This document shows positions 1 to 9,529 of a stretch of 64,000 nucleotides of DNA, one piece after another. Numbering within the stretch: the first letter of the stretch is position 1; every line of letters begins with the position of its first letter. Origin of the DNA: a virus (taxonomy: Duplodnaviria; Caudoviricetes); the IMG/VR virus record IMGVR_UViG_3300031994_000009. One strand, written 5' to 3'. The position numbers were made by a program, and so were the translations under genes. The notes beneath the pieces are model-generated. The model was not told the origin of the DNA and made no database searches. It worked only from the letters and a program-made list of their open reading frames with translations.

Positions 1-1
1 A

Positions 2-151
2 GAAGCTTGGGAGAACGTTGACAAGAAGATAACAGAGGTCCATGAGGATCTCAAGGGTGTCAAGTCGGAGGTCACTAGTATCGTCGCTTACCTTAACGGC
101 GGATACCAAAGCTTCAAGGATGAACACAAGGAAAATCCTGTTGGTTTATAA
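2..151 (+). CDS. Partial CDS (3' end), hypothetical protein
   Basis: Open frame from the window edge (EAWENVDKKITEVHEDLKGVKSEV...NPVGL) ending TAA at 149-151, followed by a hairpin. Confidence 0.6.
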   Translation, partial: EAWENVDKKITEVHEDLKGVKSEVTSIVAYLNGGYQSFKDEHKENPVGL

Positions 152-175
152 AAATCTAGATTGTTTTTTGTGAAT

Positions 176-205
176 GGATCGATCCCAGTGGGATCGATCC
201 ATTTT
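176..205 (+). terminator. GATC-core hairpin, probable intrinsic terminator
   Basis: GGATCGATCCC-AGT-GGGATCGATCC perfect stem followed by ATTTT. Confidence 0.6.
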
Positions 206-259
206 AATGTTTTAATAAAAACATGAGTATAATTAATATAAAATGTTTGTTTATGAGAT

Positions 260-706
260 TTGGCAACAAAGTTACAGGAAAAACTGAGGTGCGAGAGGAA
301 CGGTGAAGAGTTCGTTGACACAACTTTACAGAGCATAGGAAGGACGGCTGAGTCGCAGCACTATGTCAAGAATAACGATCTTCTCGAAGAGATAATAAAG
401 TGTAAGAAAGAGAACGGTGGCAAGGCTTCAGACAGGCTTGCCTCGATGTTCTTGCAGATAGCGACAAAGCTGTCAAACGGGTTGAAGTATAATAATGACG
501 ACGACAGACAGGACTGCATATATTTCGCCGTGTCTGATTGTCTTTTGTATTTCAACAGTTTCGATGAGAACCAGACGAAGAACGCCTTTGCGTACATCAC
601 GTCTATCTGTTGGAACGGTTTCGCCAAAGGATGGAGGAAGCTCGGGTACATGAAGCTTCCTAAATCCTTGCAGGTATCATTGTCAGACAACATTTATAGT
701 ATTTAG
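260..706 (+). CDS. gp55: T4 gp55-like late-transcription sigma factor
   Basis: HYVKNNDLLEEI...FLQIATKLS...FNSFDENQTKNAFAYITSICWN resembles gp55-family motifs. Confidence 0.8.
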   Translation: MATKLQEKLRCERNGEEFVDTTLQSIGRTAESQHYVKNNDLLEEIIKCKKENGGKASDRLASMFLQIATKLSNGLKYNNDDDRQDCIYFAVSDCLLYFNSFDENQTKNAFAYITSICWNGFAKGWRKLGYMKLPKSLQVSLSDNIYSI

Positions 707-709
707 AAA

Positions 710-1165
710 ATGGAGAACATAGAAGAAAAGAAATTGAATGAAATCCCATCTAACGATGGTGTGGAAAGTCTTCTGTCGAATGACAGGAATGACTTCGGTG
801 TTAACGAAACAAGTTTGCTCGATTCAAACGAAAATCTGTTTGACACTATTGATGAAAATGGTGGATCGTTGATCGGATCCGTTGCTGACACTGCTTCGTT
901 TGTCGAGATCAACAACGATGTTATGAGCGAAGAGGAAATCGAGATCAGGAAAAGGTTTTTCATGGATCCGAAGAATCAGGCTGACATATTGTTTGAGAAC
1001 TATGTCAGGGAACAGCCAATCAAGCTCAACAGGCAACAAAAAAGGAATGCTTATAGCCAATTTTTGAAGAACGCGAAGAAGGGCTTTTATAAGAGTGTAT
1101 TCAGCGAACTGATTTATGGAATATCCAAAGAGAAGTCTGAGAAGGATTTCGGGAAGCTGAATTAA
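710..1165 (+). CDS. Hypothetical protein
   Basis: 151-aa ORF packed 3 nt after gp55. Confidence 0.7.
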   Translation: MENIEEKKLNEIPSNDGVESLLSNDRNDFGVNETSLLDSNENLFDTIDENGGSLIGSVADTASFVEINNDVMSEEEIEIRKRFFMDPKNQADILFENYVREQPIKLNRQQKRNAYSQFLKNAKKGFYKSVFSELIYGISKEKSEKDFGKLN

Positions 1166-1196
1166 TCAATAAATAGGCAAAATTGATCTATTTGTA

Positions 1197-1568
1197 ATGT
1201 ATAAACAGATTTATGATATGACATATGATGATCCGATGGATGACGAGATGCCAGACGACGTAATGATGCAGAACTATGATACCACTTATGCACTTGATGG
1301 ATCTGATGCAGAAGATGAAGATGAGATCGATGAACCGTTTTATGTTGTGGCTGAACCAAAAACCTTGACTGGTGTCTTACGTGACGAATTGAAATTATTG
1401 GAGCCTGATCGCGGTACGTTGTTGTTCAGGTATATGGGTACGGATTATGAGGGTGTTCCTATGTTGGAAATTAATCCGAGTAAGTTTGTGTTCAAGATTT
1501 TGCCGAGTAACAAACTGAAGACTTTCTTGATTAACGAGATACAGTTGCGTAGGTTGGATGATAAATAA
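1197..1568 (+). CDS. Hypothetical acidic protein
   Basis: 123-aa ORF with ATAAATA at 1169-1175 upstream. Confidence 0.7.
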   Translation: MYKQIYDMTYDDPMDDEMPDDVMMQNYDTTYALDGSDAEDEDEIDEPFYVVAEPKTLTGVLRDELKLLEPDRGTLLFRYMGTDYEGVPMLEINPSKFVFKILPSNKLKTFLINEIQLRRLDDK

Positions 1569-1579
1569 GAAAACATTTA

Positions 1580-4500
1580 ATGGTAAATAACATGGCTATA
1601 AGAAAACAGATATTAGATCAGGATAATAATGAGATTCTTCCGATTACTGATACAGAATCAGTAAGGAATCCACAATCTGTAGGAGGTGTTCTTGAGAACA
1701 GATTGGTTAATCTGGAAGATAGCGTTGGCGATTTCATCCAGCGTCTTCCTGATGATCAATTCACAGAGGATAATTTTGCATCGTTTGATTCAAGTGGAGG
1801 AATCAAAGATAGCGGAAAGAAAGCAAGTGACTTCGCAACTTTGTTAGTCGCAAATAGCATCGAGCAGTTGACATCAGAACAAGTGGAAGGACTTAAAGTC
1901 GGTGATGTCGTCTCTGCAAGAGAGTTTGGGACTCTTACGCAAGAAATGGTGAATTTTACTGTTCAGTCTAAGTCAATCGAATCTTGCAGACTTGAATCGG
2001 TGTCCAGTGCACAAGTTCTTGAAGTTTCATACACGAAAGAAAACAACTTGTGGATGTTTGAAAACAGTACTGCAATGGCTTTTGAGGATTTGGCTGACAT
2101 TGACCTCAGTAACCTTTCTGGAGACGGTGAGGCAAGATTTGACGCAAAGGCTGACAAGGTTAGTGACGCTACAAGTGGTAACTTCGCAGGCTTAGACTCA
2201 AACGGCAACTTGACTGACAGCGGAAAGAAAGCATCCGACTTCGCGACGGCATCGCAAGGCGCGAAGGCTGACACAGCCGTGCAACAAGTTACTGTAGGCA
2301 CTACGACAACTGGGGCGGCTGGAACGGACGCAAGCGTCACCAACAGCGGAACGGCGACGAATCCCGTTCTTAATTTCACGATTCCGAGAGGAGCAAACGG
2401 GCAAGATGGTGCAGACGCATACAACCCGTTCAAGGGCACATATCTCATAACGGACACACTTCCATCAACAGGGCAGGCTGGCGACTACATCTACGTGGTG
2501 GACACGCAGACACCTCCAGTCACGCATCTGTATACTTGGAACGGAACTGCATTTGCTGACACAACGGAGACGGTTACTATGGGTAACGCTCAGTTCCAGA
2601 ACAGCACCAAGCAGATTTCGCAGACGAATGTCGTAAACGACTTGACTACTGGAGGCACTGAGGATGTGCTGAGTGCTGAGGCGGGAAAGACCCTTAATGA
2701 AAAAGCCATTGTGAATGTTAAAACTCTTGACAACAAAAGTGATAACATTGTCTTTGTTGATGAAAATAACAATATTCTTGCAATAATTGACAAAAACGGC
2801 ATTAAAACTAAAAACTTTGATCCAGCTTCATTTTCACCAAAGCATTCAGGGACTTTAACTTTATTAAATTCTGATATTATAACGGTTATTGGTTCTTCTT
2901 TTGGTGAAACGAGTGCTTTTCCAACCAACAAACATTGGAGCGGAATAATGTCAATGTTTTCTGATTACAGGATTCAGAATTTAAGTGCAGGCGGTTCAAA
3001 TATAGTCACCAATCTTTACAGAATAAGAAGCGGTGAATGGAATATTCAAGGAAAATATGTAGCAATAACCAATAATGAGAATCTTGATGGTTTGGATTTA
3101 ACACAATACATGGAAGGACTTGATAACCTTTGTACCACTTTGATTGGTATGGGTAAAATTCCAATTGTATGTACAAATTACCACAAATCACAATATTTCA
3201 GCATGGCAATTAAGAGATATGCCTATGAACACAACCTTATGTTTTGGGATGGTTCTGATTATTGCAATACTTTGGTTAGTGGTATATATGGTGGTTTTGA
3301 TGACGGCGCACACCTTAGAAAAAGAAATGCCCCAATGCTTGCCTACGCATATCTTAACTATATGAACCAAATGGGAAAACCATATAGTTCAATAAAAATA
3401 TTCAATATCAGGAATAGCGGTTTTTCAGGCAGTCTTGATGATTTGGTTTATTCAAATAATGTTGAAAGAGCTAAATTGTTCTGTGAATTGAAAATATCAC
3501 ATTCTCAAACGGTTGACGAATACAATAGAATTATAAGTAATTACGCAGTTGATTTTGGAAAATATGGTTTGATCGAATGCACAATACCGTCTACTTCAAA
3601 TTATGTGAATAAACTTAAATTGAATCTTGACACAAACGGCAAAAGCATAAAGGTATATATCAAGAATGTTTTGGCTGAGCCATATCCAAATACTAACCTA
3701 AGTTCAGTGGTAAGATTTAGCGTTTCTGATAGTACTATCAGCGTTCCTTCAATTGGTGATGTTTATTCCTACGGTGGTGTTAATTACACCGTTCAATCAG
3801 TTGTAATGGGTGAAAATGATTACTATTGTACTATTTATTGCTCACCCGCAACAATGCCTTCTTCACAGTCAGGAACATTGAATGTTGTTTCGCAGGTATC
3901 AGGTTCTGTTGGTTCAAGTAGTATTGCATTTGTGATGGCGGAAGAAACTTCACTTGACTTGTATTCATACATTAGTTCAGATAATAAGGGACATTGGGTT
4001 GAATTGACAGGTGAAAATGGTTCATATTCTGTTCCAACTACTTTGTTTAATGGCTCAATTCAAGTTGATAAAGTTTCATTCCTTATAATGTCAAATGAGG
4101 TTTCAAATACATTCCAAATTAAAGATGTCAGCTTAGATTATGATGTTGATGAACTGAAAACCGTTGAATCTAACAAGGATTTTGTTTGGTGTGAAAATGA
4201 CTATATAAGCACAAATGAACTTATTCAAGAATCAACCTTTGGAGTAGTAGGAACTACACAATCAACATGGTTTGATTCTAATGGTAATGGTGTTGTGTCA
4301 GTTGCTGATTATGAAAACAAATATCCAGCAGGTGCAACTTCAGAAATAGTTGTTTCTGATGTTTTATCAATGAACACCACGATAAATTCCTCAGTGCTGG
4401 ATAGGCATGGGAATATGTGGCTTGAGATATATTGCAGATATTTTCCCGATGCGCCAACACCTTACACACAAGCAAATGATACGGAAGTCAATGATATTTC

Positions 4501-4735
4501 CTATGATTTCAATGAACTGTTCATTAAATTCAGTCAGAACAGTAATGGCAGTGGTATCAACACGGTAATTCTATCTGAGGAAGTTGGACTTTATTGGAAG
4601 ATTGTCAGAATACCCATTTGTTGGTTCAGACAAGTTTACAATTCAGCGGGTAATATAACCAATATGTATTTGTCATTATATTCAAATAGCAAGAAGATTG
4701 AAATTTGCAAAGTGTCATTGAAATATGAACAATAA
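1580..4735 (+). CDS. Tail fibre/spike-like mosaic protein with SGNH-hydrolase-like module
   Basis: Duplicated DSGKKASDFAT motif, GTTTTGAAGTDASVTNSGT/collagen-like segment, then ITVIGSSFG...NLSAGGS...DGAH SGNH-like blocks; ATAAATA at 1561. Confidence 0.65.
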   Translation: MVNNMAIRKQILDQDNNEILPITDTESVRNPQSVGGVLENRLVNLEDSVGDFIQRLPDDQFTEDNFASFDSSGGIKDSGKKASDFATLLVANSIEQLTSEQVEGLKVGDVVSAREFGTLTQEMVNFTVQSKSIESCRLESVSSAQVLEVSYTKENNLWMFENSTAMAFEDLADIDLSNLSGDGEARFDAKADKVSDATSGNFAGLDSNGNLTDSGKKASDFATASQGAKADTAVQQVTVGTTTTGAAGTDASVTNSGTATNPVLNFTIPRGANGQDGADAYNPFKGTYLITDTLPSTGQAGDYIYVVDTQTPPVTHLYTWNGTAFADTTETVTMGNAQFQNSTKQISQTNVVNDLTTGGTEDVLSAEAGKTLNEKAIVNVKTLDNKSDNIVFVDENNNILAIIDKNGIKTKNFDPASFSPKHSGTLTLLNSDIITVIGSSFGETSAFPTNKHWSGIMSMFSDYRIQNLSAGGSNIVTNLYRIRSGEWNIQGKYVAITNNENLDGLDLTQYMEGLDNLCTTLIGMGKIPIVCTNYHKSQYFSMAIKRYAYEHNLMFWDGSDYCNTLVSGIYGGFDDGAHLRKRNAPMLAYAYLNYMNQMGKPYSSIKIFNIRNSGFSGSLDDLVYSNNVERAKLFCELKISHSQTVDEYNRIISNYAVDFGKYGLIECTIPSTSNYVNKLKLNLDTNGKSIKVYIKNVLAEPYPNTNLSSVVRFSVSDSTISVPSIGDVYSYGGVNYTVQSVVMGENDYYCTIYCSPATMPSSQSGTLNVVSQVSGSVGSSSIAFVMAEETSLDLYSYISSDNKGHWVELTGENGSYSVPTTLFNGSIQVDKVSFLIMSNEVSNTFQIKDVSLDYDVDELKTVESNKDFVWCENDYISTNELIQESTFGVVGTTQSTWFDSNGNGVVSVADYENKYPAGATSEIVVSDVLSMNTTINSSVLDRHGNMWLEIYCRYFPDAPTPYTQANDTEVNDISYDFNELFIKFSQNSNGSGINTVILSEEVGLYWKIVRIPICWFRQVYNSAGNITNMYLSLYSNSKKIEICKVSLKYEQ

Positions 4736-4753
4736 AATAAAAACTAATAGAAT

Positions 4754-5203
4754 ATGAATGTACTTATAAAAAATTCTGATTTCTCACAAGTCAGTGTTGG
4801 AACGGTAGGTGAACTTCCAATTGGTAGCGTTCTGTATCACGGCTTTTTACGTCCATCTGGCAATATTGACTATAGTGCAAGTAGGCTTAATTGTGTGTGT
4901 GTTGATTTGTCCCAAAGTACAGCAACAAAAATAAGAGTACATGGGTATTCAGGACGCGCAAATAAATGCTTATGCGCCTTCTATTCAGGTAGTATGCCAT
5001 CATCAGATATTACATTCACAAGTTCTTCTGAGGCTTCAGACTTTTCAACTTCAATGGGGAAACTTGGTAATATTTCAACAACTGAAACAACATCCATATG
5101 GTTAACAATGGATGTTGATATACCTGAAGGAACAAACACATTGGTTATAAATGTTGGTGAAAACGGTGAACCTAATGCTTGGGCTATTGAATTATATAAC
5201 TAA
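4754..5203 (+). CDS. Hypothetical protein, tail-fibre associated
   Basis: 149-aa ORF co-oriented with the fibre gene, with the same AT-rich, GATC-free composition. Confidence 0.6.
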   Translation: MNVLIKNSDFSQVSVGTVGELPIGSVLYHGFLRPSGNIDYSASRLNCVCVDLSQSTATKIRVHGYSGRANKCLCAFYSGSMPSSDITFTSSSEASDFSTSMGKLGNISTTETTSIWLTMDVDIPEGTNTLVINVGENGEPNAWAIELYN

Positions 5204-5250
5204 ATAGATTAGGTAGCTATGAAGTAAAGAATTTTGTTTTGGATAACATT

Positions 5251-5337
5251 ATGAGAGAGCGCAACATAATAGGAGGCTTCACGGCTACGGTGCTGGCACA
5301 TTTCATCGAGGAATGGCAGTAGATGATGGTAAAATAA
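5251..5337 (+). pseudogene. Possible remnant of a holin-like gene N-terminus
   Basis: MRERNIIGGFTATVLAHFIEEWQ*MMVK* resembles, from recall only, N-termini of Bacteroidota phage holins; interrupted by TAG. Confidence 0.25.
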
Positions 5338-5423
5338 CAAGGATTGATTGAAAAATAGAATGAAAACAGACGGTTTCATATCCGAATGCAAACAATGCTG
5401 GAAAGCCGACTAAGCCAAAACGA

Positions 5424-5470
5424 AAGAACGCCCCTCCGTTATTGGAGGGGCGTTCTTGATATTATTTTTG
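5424..5470 (+). terminator. Intrinsic terminator
   Basis: 14-bp perfect stem AAGAACGCCCCTCC/GGAGGGGCGTTCTT with T-rich tail. Confidence 0.8.
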
Positions 5471-5676
5471 TGGATGTGCGATAGGTTTCTTTTTTAATGA
5501 AAAGATTTGGAACAGTCTTTTTCTTTCTTTTTTCTTTCCTTTATCTTGCGTATCGTTTTCATTTTGTGGACATGTTGGGCATCGTCTCATTATACCAATG
5601 TTTTTCTTTGTTTATTTATTTTTGACCCATATATTTGAAAAATAAATAGAGAAACGCTTTCAGTTGTATATTAGAG

Positions 5677-6498
5677 ATGAAGATAGAGCTTCATAAGAAA
5701 AAGATAGACGAGGCCGACGATATCCAGAACGGTAACGGTGACAGCAACGCAAGTCAGGACGTTAACGTTCGTGATGATCAATCCCAAGAGCGTAACACGG
5801 AGACATCTGAGATAAACACACAGATTAACATGTGGACGTCGAGGAAGTCTCAATTGAAGACCCAGTATTCTGTGGATCTGAAGCCAATAAATGATCAGAT
5901 TACATTGTTGCAGAAGCAGAAGAGTGATTTGGAGTCGGATATACCTCAGAATGATGAGCAGTCCGCTGCACAGAGATCCAAGATGATCAACATAAACAAG
6001 CAGATCATAGAGCTTGTCAACAGGAAGCTTGTCAGGAAGACAACTTACCAGAACGATGTCAGGAACGCCGAACAGAACCTTGTTTCCTTGTATAGGCAAC
6101 AGGCCGACAACGGCGGTGATGTGGATCCGAAATGTGTCGATGAGAGCGCCAAGGTGAAGTACCGTTTTAGCAGGAAACTATATGAGGCGGTTATTAACAG
6201 GAAGGATGAGATGTACGGCATGGTTTGTATGGCTTTTGACGAAATGGAATCGTTGTCATACAGGCCAAGTGCAAAAAGGTGCGAGAAATATGCTAAAAAC
6301 ATTATAGCGTTCCTGAACAAGTTCGATTTGACTGGTGATGACGGTATGCTGTTTTCGGATTTCGTGTATAGTATGCTAGACACTAGTCATGCTTCCTTTG
6401 CGAGCTCAGAGAAGGAGAAGTTCGTTAATAACCTTATCAATGCTATGAAGGACAATCCTATGTTCAGCTGGGTGTTTAATAACGAAAATCAACAATAA
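5677..6498 (+). CDS. Hypothetical coiled-coil protein (putative virion protein)
   Basis: 273 aa, central heptad-rich region, IDEA/VDES/LYEA motifs, ATAAATA at 5642. Confidence 0.7.
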   Translation: MKIELHKKKIDEADDIQNGNGDSNASQDVNVRDDQSQERNTETSEINTQINMWTSRKSQLKTQYSVDLKPINDQITLLQKQKSDLESDIPQNDEQSAAQRSKMININKQIIELVNRKLVRKTTYQNDVRNAEQNLVSLYRQQADNGGDVDPKCVDESAKVKYRFSRKLYEAVINRKDEMYGMVCMAFDEMESLSYRPSAKRCEKYAKNIIAFLNKFDLTGDDGMLFSDFVYSMLDTSHASFASSEKEKFVNNLINAMKDNPMFSWVFNNENQQ

Positions 6499-6510
6499 AA
6501 TCAAGATAAA

Positions 6511-8745
6511 ATGGCAAAGTATAAGTTACAGAAAAGCAACAATGTTGTTAGTTGCGAGGTCCTGAACGAGAGCGATGGGCAATATGTCGTAAGGTTTGGC
6601 AACGGAGTTATTCAAAGTGTTCCGAAGAATAGGGTTTTTAACCTTGACAGGATTGACGAGGGTGTCCTCGACACTGTTAGGGGTGCAGTCAACAAGTACG
6701 GAAGGAAGATTGCTTCGAAGATAAAGGATGTTGTTGGTAAAATTAAGGGTGTGCTGACGAAAGGGTTCCTTTTCTTTAAAGGTGATGATGATTCCGTGAT
6801 GAATGTCATGTCTCCAGTTAATACTATGATCGGCGCAGATACAACTGGAACATGTATTAATTTTATTCCTGGAAGTGATGTTCAGGATTGTTGTGATTAT
6901 TATGGAATAGAGCATAGTGTTATTAGCAATTATCCGATAGAAGGTGAATATCAGGGAGCTTTACAAATGGAAGATCTTATCAGGATGATTGGAAGATCAT
7001 CGAATGAATCATATAAGAGTTCTTCTGATATAATCGATGCATTGTTTGAATCTGAAGAGGATAAAAAAGATCTTTATGGTGAGAAATATCAACGTGATCT
7101 TGAACATAGTTTACAACTTTCTACAAATTCAGCAACTGTAAAACTTGACAACGGAGATGATGTTGTTGTTAATCTGATTGATTATGATAAGGAACATATC
7201 ATTAATTATGTTACTAAATCGTATAGAAGAGCTTTACGGGGATCTGATCTGTTTTTGCCATTATTGATTTTTGGAGCACCTGGTATAGGCAAGACGGCTA
7301 TTATCAGAGGATTACAAAATGTTGCTGCTTCGACAGCAGGAATAGATTCCGATCGTGTAAGTGTTATAACAATAGGTGCTGGAAATATTGGTCCAGATAG
7401 TTTTACGATGCCAGCTACAGTGAAGGAATATGTTACAAAACCTATATATACTGATGATACTGAGGAAGATAGGAAACGTAAGGAACTTCATAATGATGCT
7501 GTTCGTAGAAACAGGAAAGCTACTCAAGATTACTTACAAGATACTGGAGATTTGTCTCGTAAAATTCAGTTTGAAACTACTAGAATCAAAGATCTTCCCA
7601 AGACGTGGGTTCCTGCTTATGATCCAAGAGATATAGGTGCGTATACGGAAAAAGAGCTTGATAATATAGCAAATGGCGGTTGGTACGATGACGATGGTCA
7701 TGAATTTGTTGGCTATGGTGGATTCTTGTTTATTGATGAATTTGTTAGAATGACAGAGTTTGGCAAGGCTTCTATTATGAATCTTCCTGCTGATAGACTT
7801 ATAGGAAATTCTTTGAAACTTGGCAGCAGGTGGATTGTTATATGTGCTGCTAATAGATTCCAAGATATGCAACAAAGCGCAAATACACAAATTACAATGA
7901 CTATTGAGCCTGCTGTTTTAACCCGTTTCGCTATTATAAATTATGTTCCATCTATAGAAGAATGGACTTCGTGGGGAAAACAGGTTAAAAGTGATGGAGA
8001 ACCTAATGTAATAGATGAAATTCTTGAATATATCAATAGCGATTATATGAGAGTTCATACAAGGGCAAATCCTGGTCATTATGGTGATTTCTATAACATG
8101 TATAAAGCAGATGGTGATGTGAACACTATCGATGGCGAAAAAGCAAGAGCTTGTCCAAGAACATGGGAGAATGCTAGTAAGTTCTTATATGAGAATTATA
8201 TATTCGAGGGTATTGAATTAACAGATGTTCCGACCGAAGAACTTGTTAACAATTTAGCAATTATTTTAGGAACGAGTGTTGCTAACAGGTTTGTTTATTG
8301 GTTGCAAATGCAAAATAAGTCGTTTACTATTGCTGACGCAAGAGCCGTTCTTACTGATGGACAGAATGCAAAGATAGAATTATATAACCAAAAAAATAAG
8401 CAAACTATAAAGAGCACGTTTGATACTATTGTTCTTTCTATGTTGGATAGAGCATTGACAGAAGTTAGGGATATTAGTAACGAGACGTTGAACAATATTT
8501 TAGGGTTTGCTGGTAAACTAGCGGCGTTAGCTGGAGATAAGGGTACTTTTGATTTGGAAATCTTGGAAAAGATTCATGATCTTGTTGGTTCAAAGTTCAA
8601 AAACAATGAGCTTGGACGAAAAGATGAAAATGGACACAGGGTTTATGGATTTGAAGATAGTTTCAATAAGATGAAGAAAGCTGGAACTTTGGCACAATTG
8701 ATGAAGATGTTGCAGCAACTGCAAAATACAGGCGAAATAAATTAA
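6511..8745 (+). CDS. MoxR-like AAA+ ATPase with N-terminal extension
   Basis: Walker A GAPGIGKT, Walker B FLFIDE, sensor ICAAN, Arg finger VLTRF, CPRTW sensor II. Confidence 0.85.
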   Translation: MAKYKLQKSNNVVSCEVLNESDGQYVVRFGNGVIQSVPKNRVFNLDRIDEGVLDTVRGAVNKYGRKIASKIKDVVGKIKGVLTKGFLFFKGDDDSVMNVMSPVNTMIGADTTGTCINFIPGSDVQDCCDYYGIEHSVISNYPIEGEYQGALQMEDLIRMIGRSSNESYKSSSDIIDALFESEEDKKDLYGEKYQRDLEHSLQLSTNSATVKLDNGDDVVVNLIDYDKEHIINYVTKSYRRALRGSDLFLPLLIFGAPGIGKTAIIRGLQNVAASTAGIDSDRVSVITIGAGNIGPDSFTMPATVKEYVTKPIYTDDTEEDRKRKELHNDAVRRNRKATQDYLQDTGDLSRKIQFETTRIKDLPKTWVPAYDPRDIGAYTEKELDNIANGGWYDDDGHEFVGYGGFLFIDEFVRMTEFGKASIMNLPADRLIGNSLKLGSRWIVICAANRFQDMQQSANTQITMTIEPAVLTRFAIINYVPSIEEWTSWGKQVKSDGEPNVIDEILEYINSDYMRVHTRANPGHYGDFYNMYKADGDVNTIDGEKARACPRTWENASKFLYENYIFEGIELTDVPTEELVNNLAIILGTSVANRFVYWLQMQNKSFTIADARAVLTDGQNAKIELYNQKNKQTIKSTFDTIVLSMLDRALTEVRDISNETLNNILGFAGKLAALAGDKGTFDLEILEKIHDLVGSKFKNNELGRKDENGHRVYGFEDSFNKMKKAGTLAQLMKMLQQLQNTGEIN

Positions 8746-8755
8746 TTTTTGAGAA

Positions 8756-9529
8756 ATGTATATTATAAAACATATCAACGAAGATCGTTTTGATGATTTA
8801 CATCGTAATGATCAAACGAATATTGAACCAGTTGATGTTAAAATTTCAGCAAATCCGAACGACGCTGATGTTTGGATGGATGTTGATGGTACTGTATATG
8901 ATAAGAAACTTTTACTCGGTATATTAAATATTGCGTTAAAAGATTTGTCTTCTACTTATAGTTCAATATATTCGGCTCTAGGTCATGTGAATGTTGACTA
9001 TGTGTCTTCGTCGAATGTTCGTACCATGGCAACAGATGGCGATTCTATATTCATATCTCCAAAGTTTGTTACTTATTTTATTGATAAGTATGGGCCAAAG
9101 GAAGCTGCTCAAATTGTTGAGTATGTTTTGATTCATGAGTGTTTTCATATCCTTTATAACCATTGTTATGAACATATGACGGAGATGTCGAAATTTCCAG
9201 ATGCTGATGTTGTTAATATGGCTCAAGATTTTCAGATCAACTATGATATAGAAAATTTTATACTTGGATCAAAGGGGACTCCAGTTTTTAAGGGGTTGAC
9301 AAAAAAAGCTGGTGGTTTATATGATGAAAAGTATGGAGGAAAAATGTGGCAGAAGATATATCCTGAGATTTTTGAGGATGGTGTTTTAGTTCCACGTTTT
9401 CCGAAGCAACAAACTCCTCCTGAATGGAAACAAGGTTTTTCAGATGGGTATGCTGAGGTTATAGAAGAACTTAGAAAACAGAAATTAATAGAACAATGCC
9501 AAATATTGAACAAGACGTTTATCAAATAA
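8756..9529 (+). CDS. DUF2201_N-like HExxH metallopeptidase
   Basis: TMATDG, VLIHECFHILYNH and VNMAQDFQIN motifs; adjacent to MoxR ATPase. Confidence 0.8.
   Translation: MYIIKHINEDRFDDLHRNDQTNIEPVDVKISANPNDADVWMDVDGTVYDKKLLLGILNIALKDLSSTYSSIYSALGHVNVDYVSSSNVRTMATDGDSIFISPKFVTYFIDKYGPKEAAQIVEYVLIHECFHILYNHCYEHMTEMSKFPDADVVNMAQDFQINYDIENFILGSKGTPVFKGLTKKAGGLYDEKYGGKMWQKIYPEIFEDGVLVPRFPKQQTPPEWKQGFSDGYAEVIEELRKQKLIEQCQILNKTFIK

Noticed and set aside
704-712. TAG-to-Gln recoding (gp55 TAG is in frame with the next ATG)
   Set aside because: Long core genes have no internal TAG, and other TAG stops are followed by further stops or promoters; standard code fits
9470-9529. Programmed frameshift fusing peptidase and vWA ORFs
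   Set aside because: No slippery heptamer, the second frame is closed by TAG 8 codons upstream, and it has its own ATG
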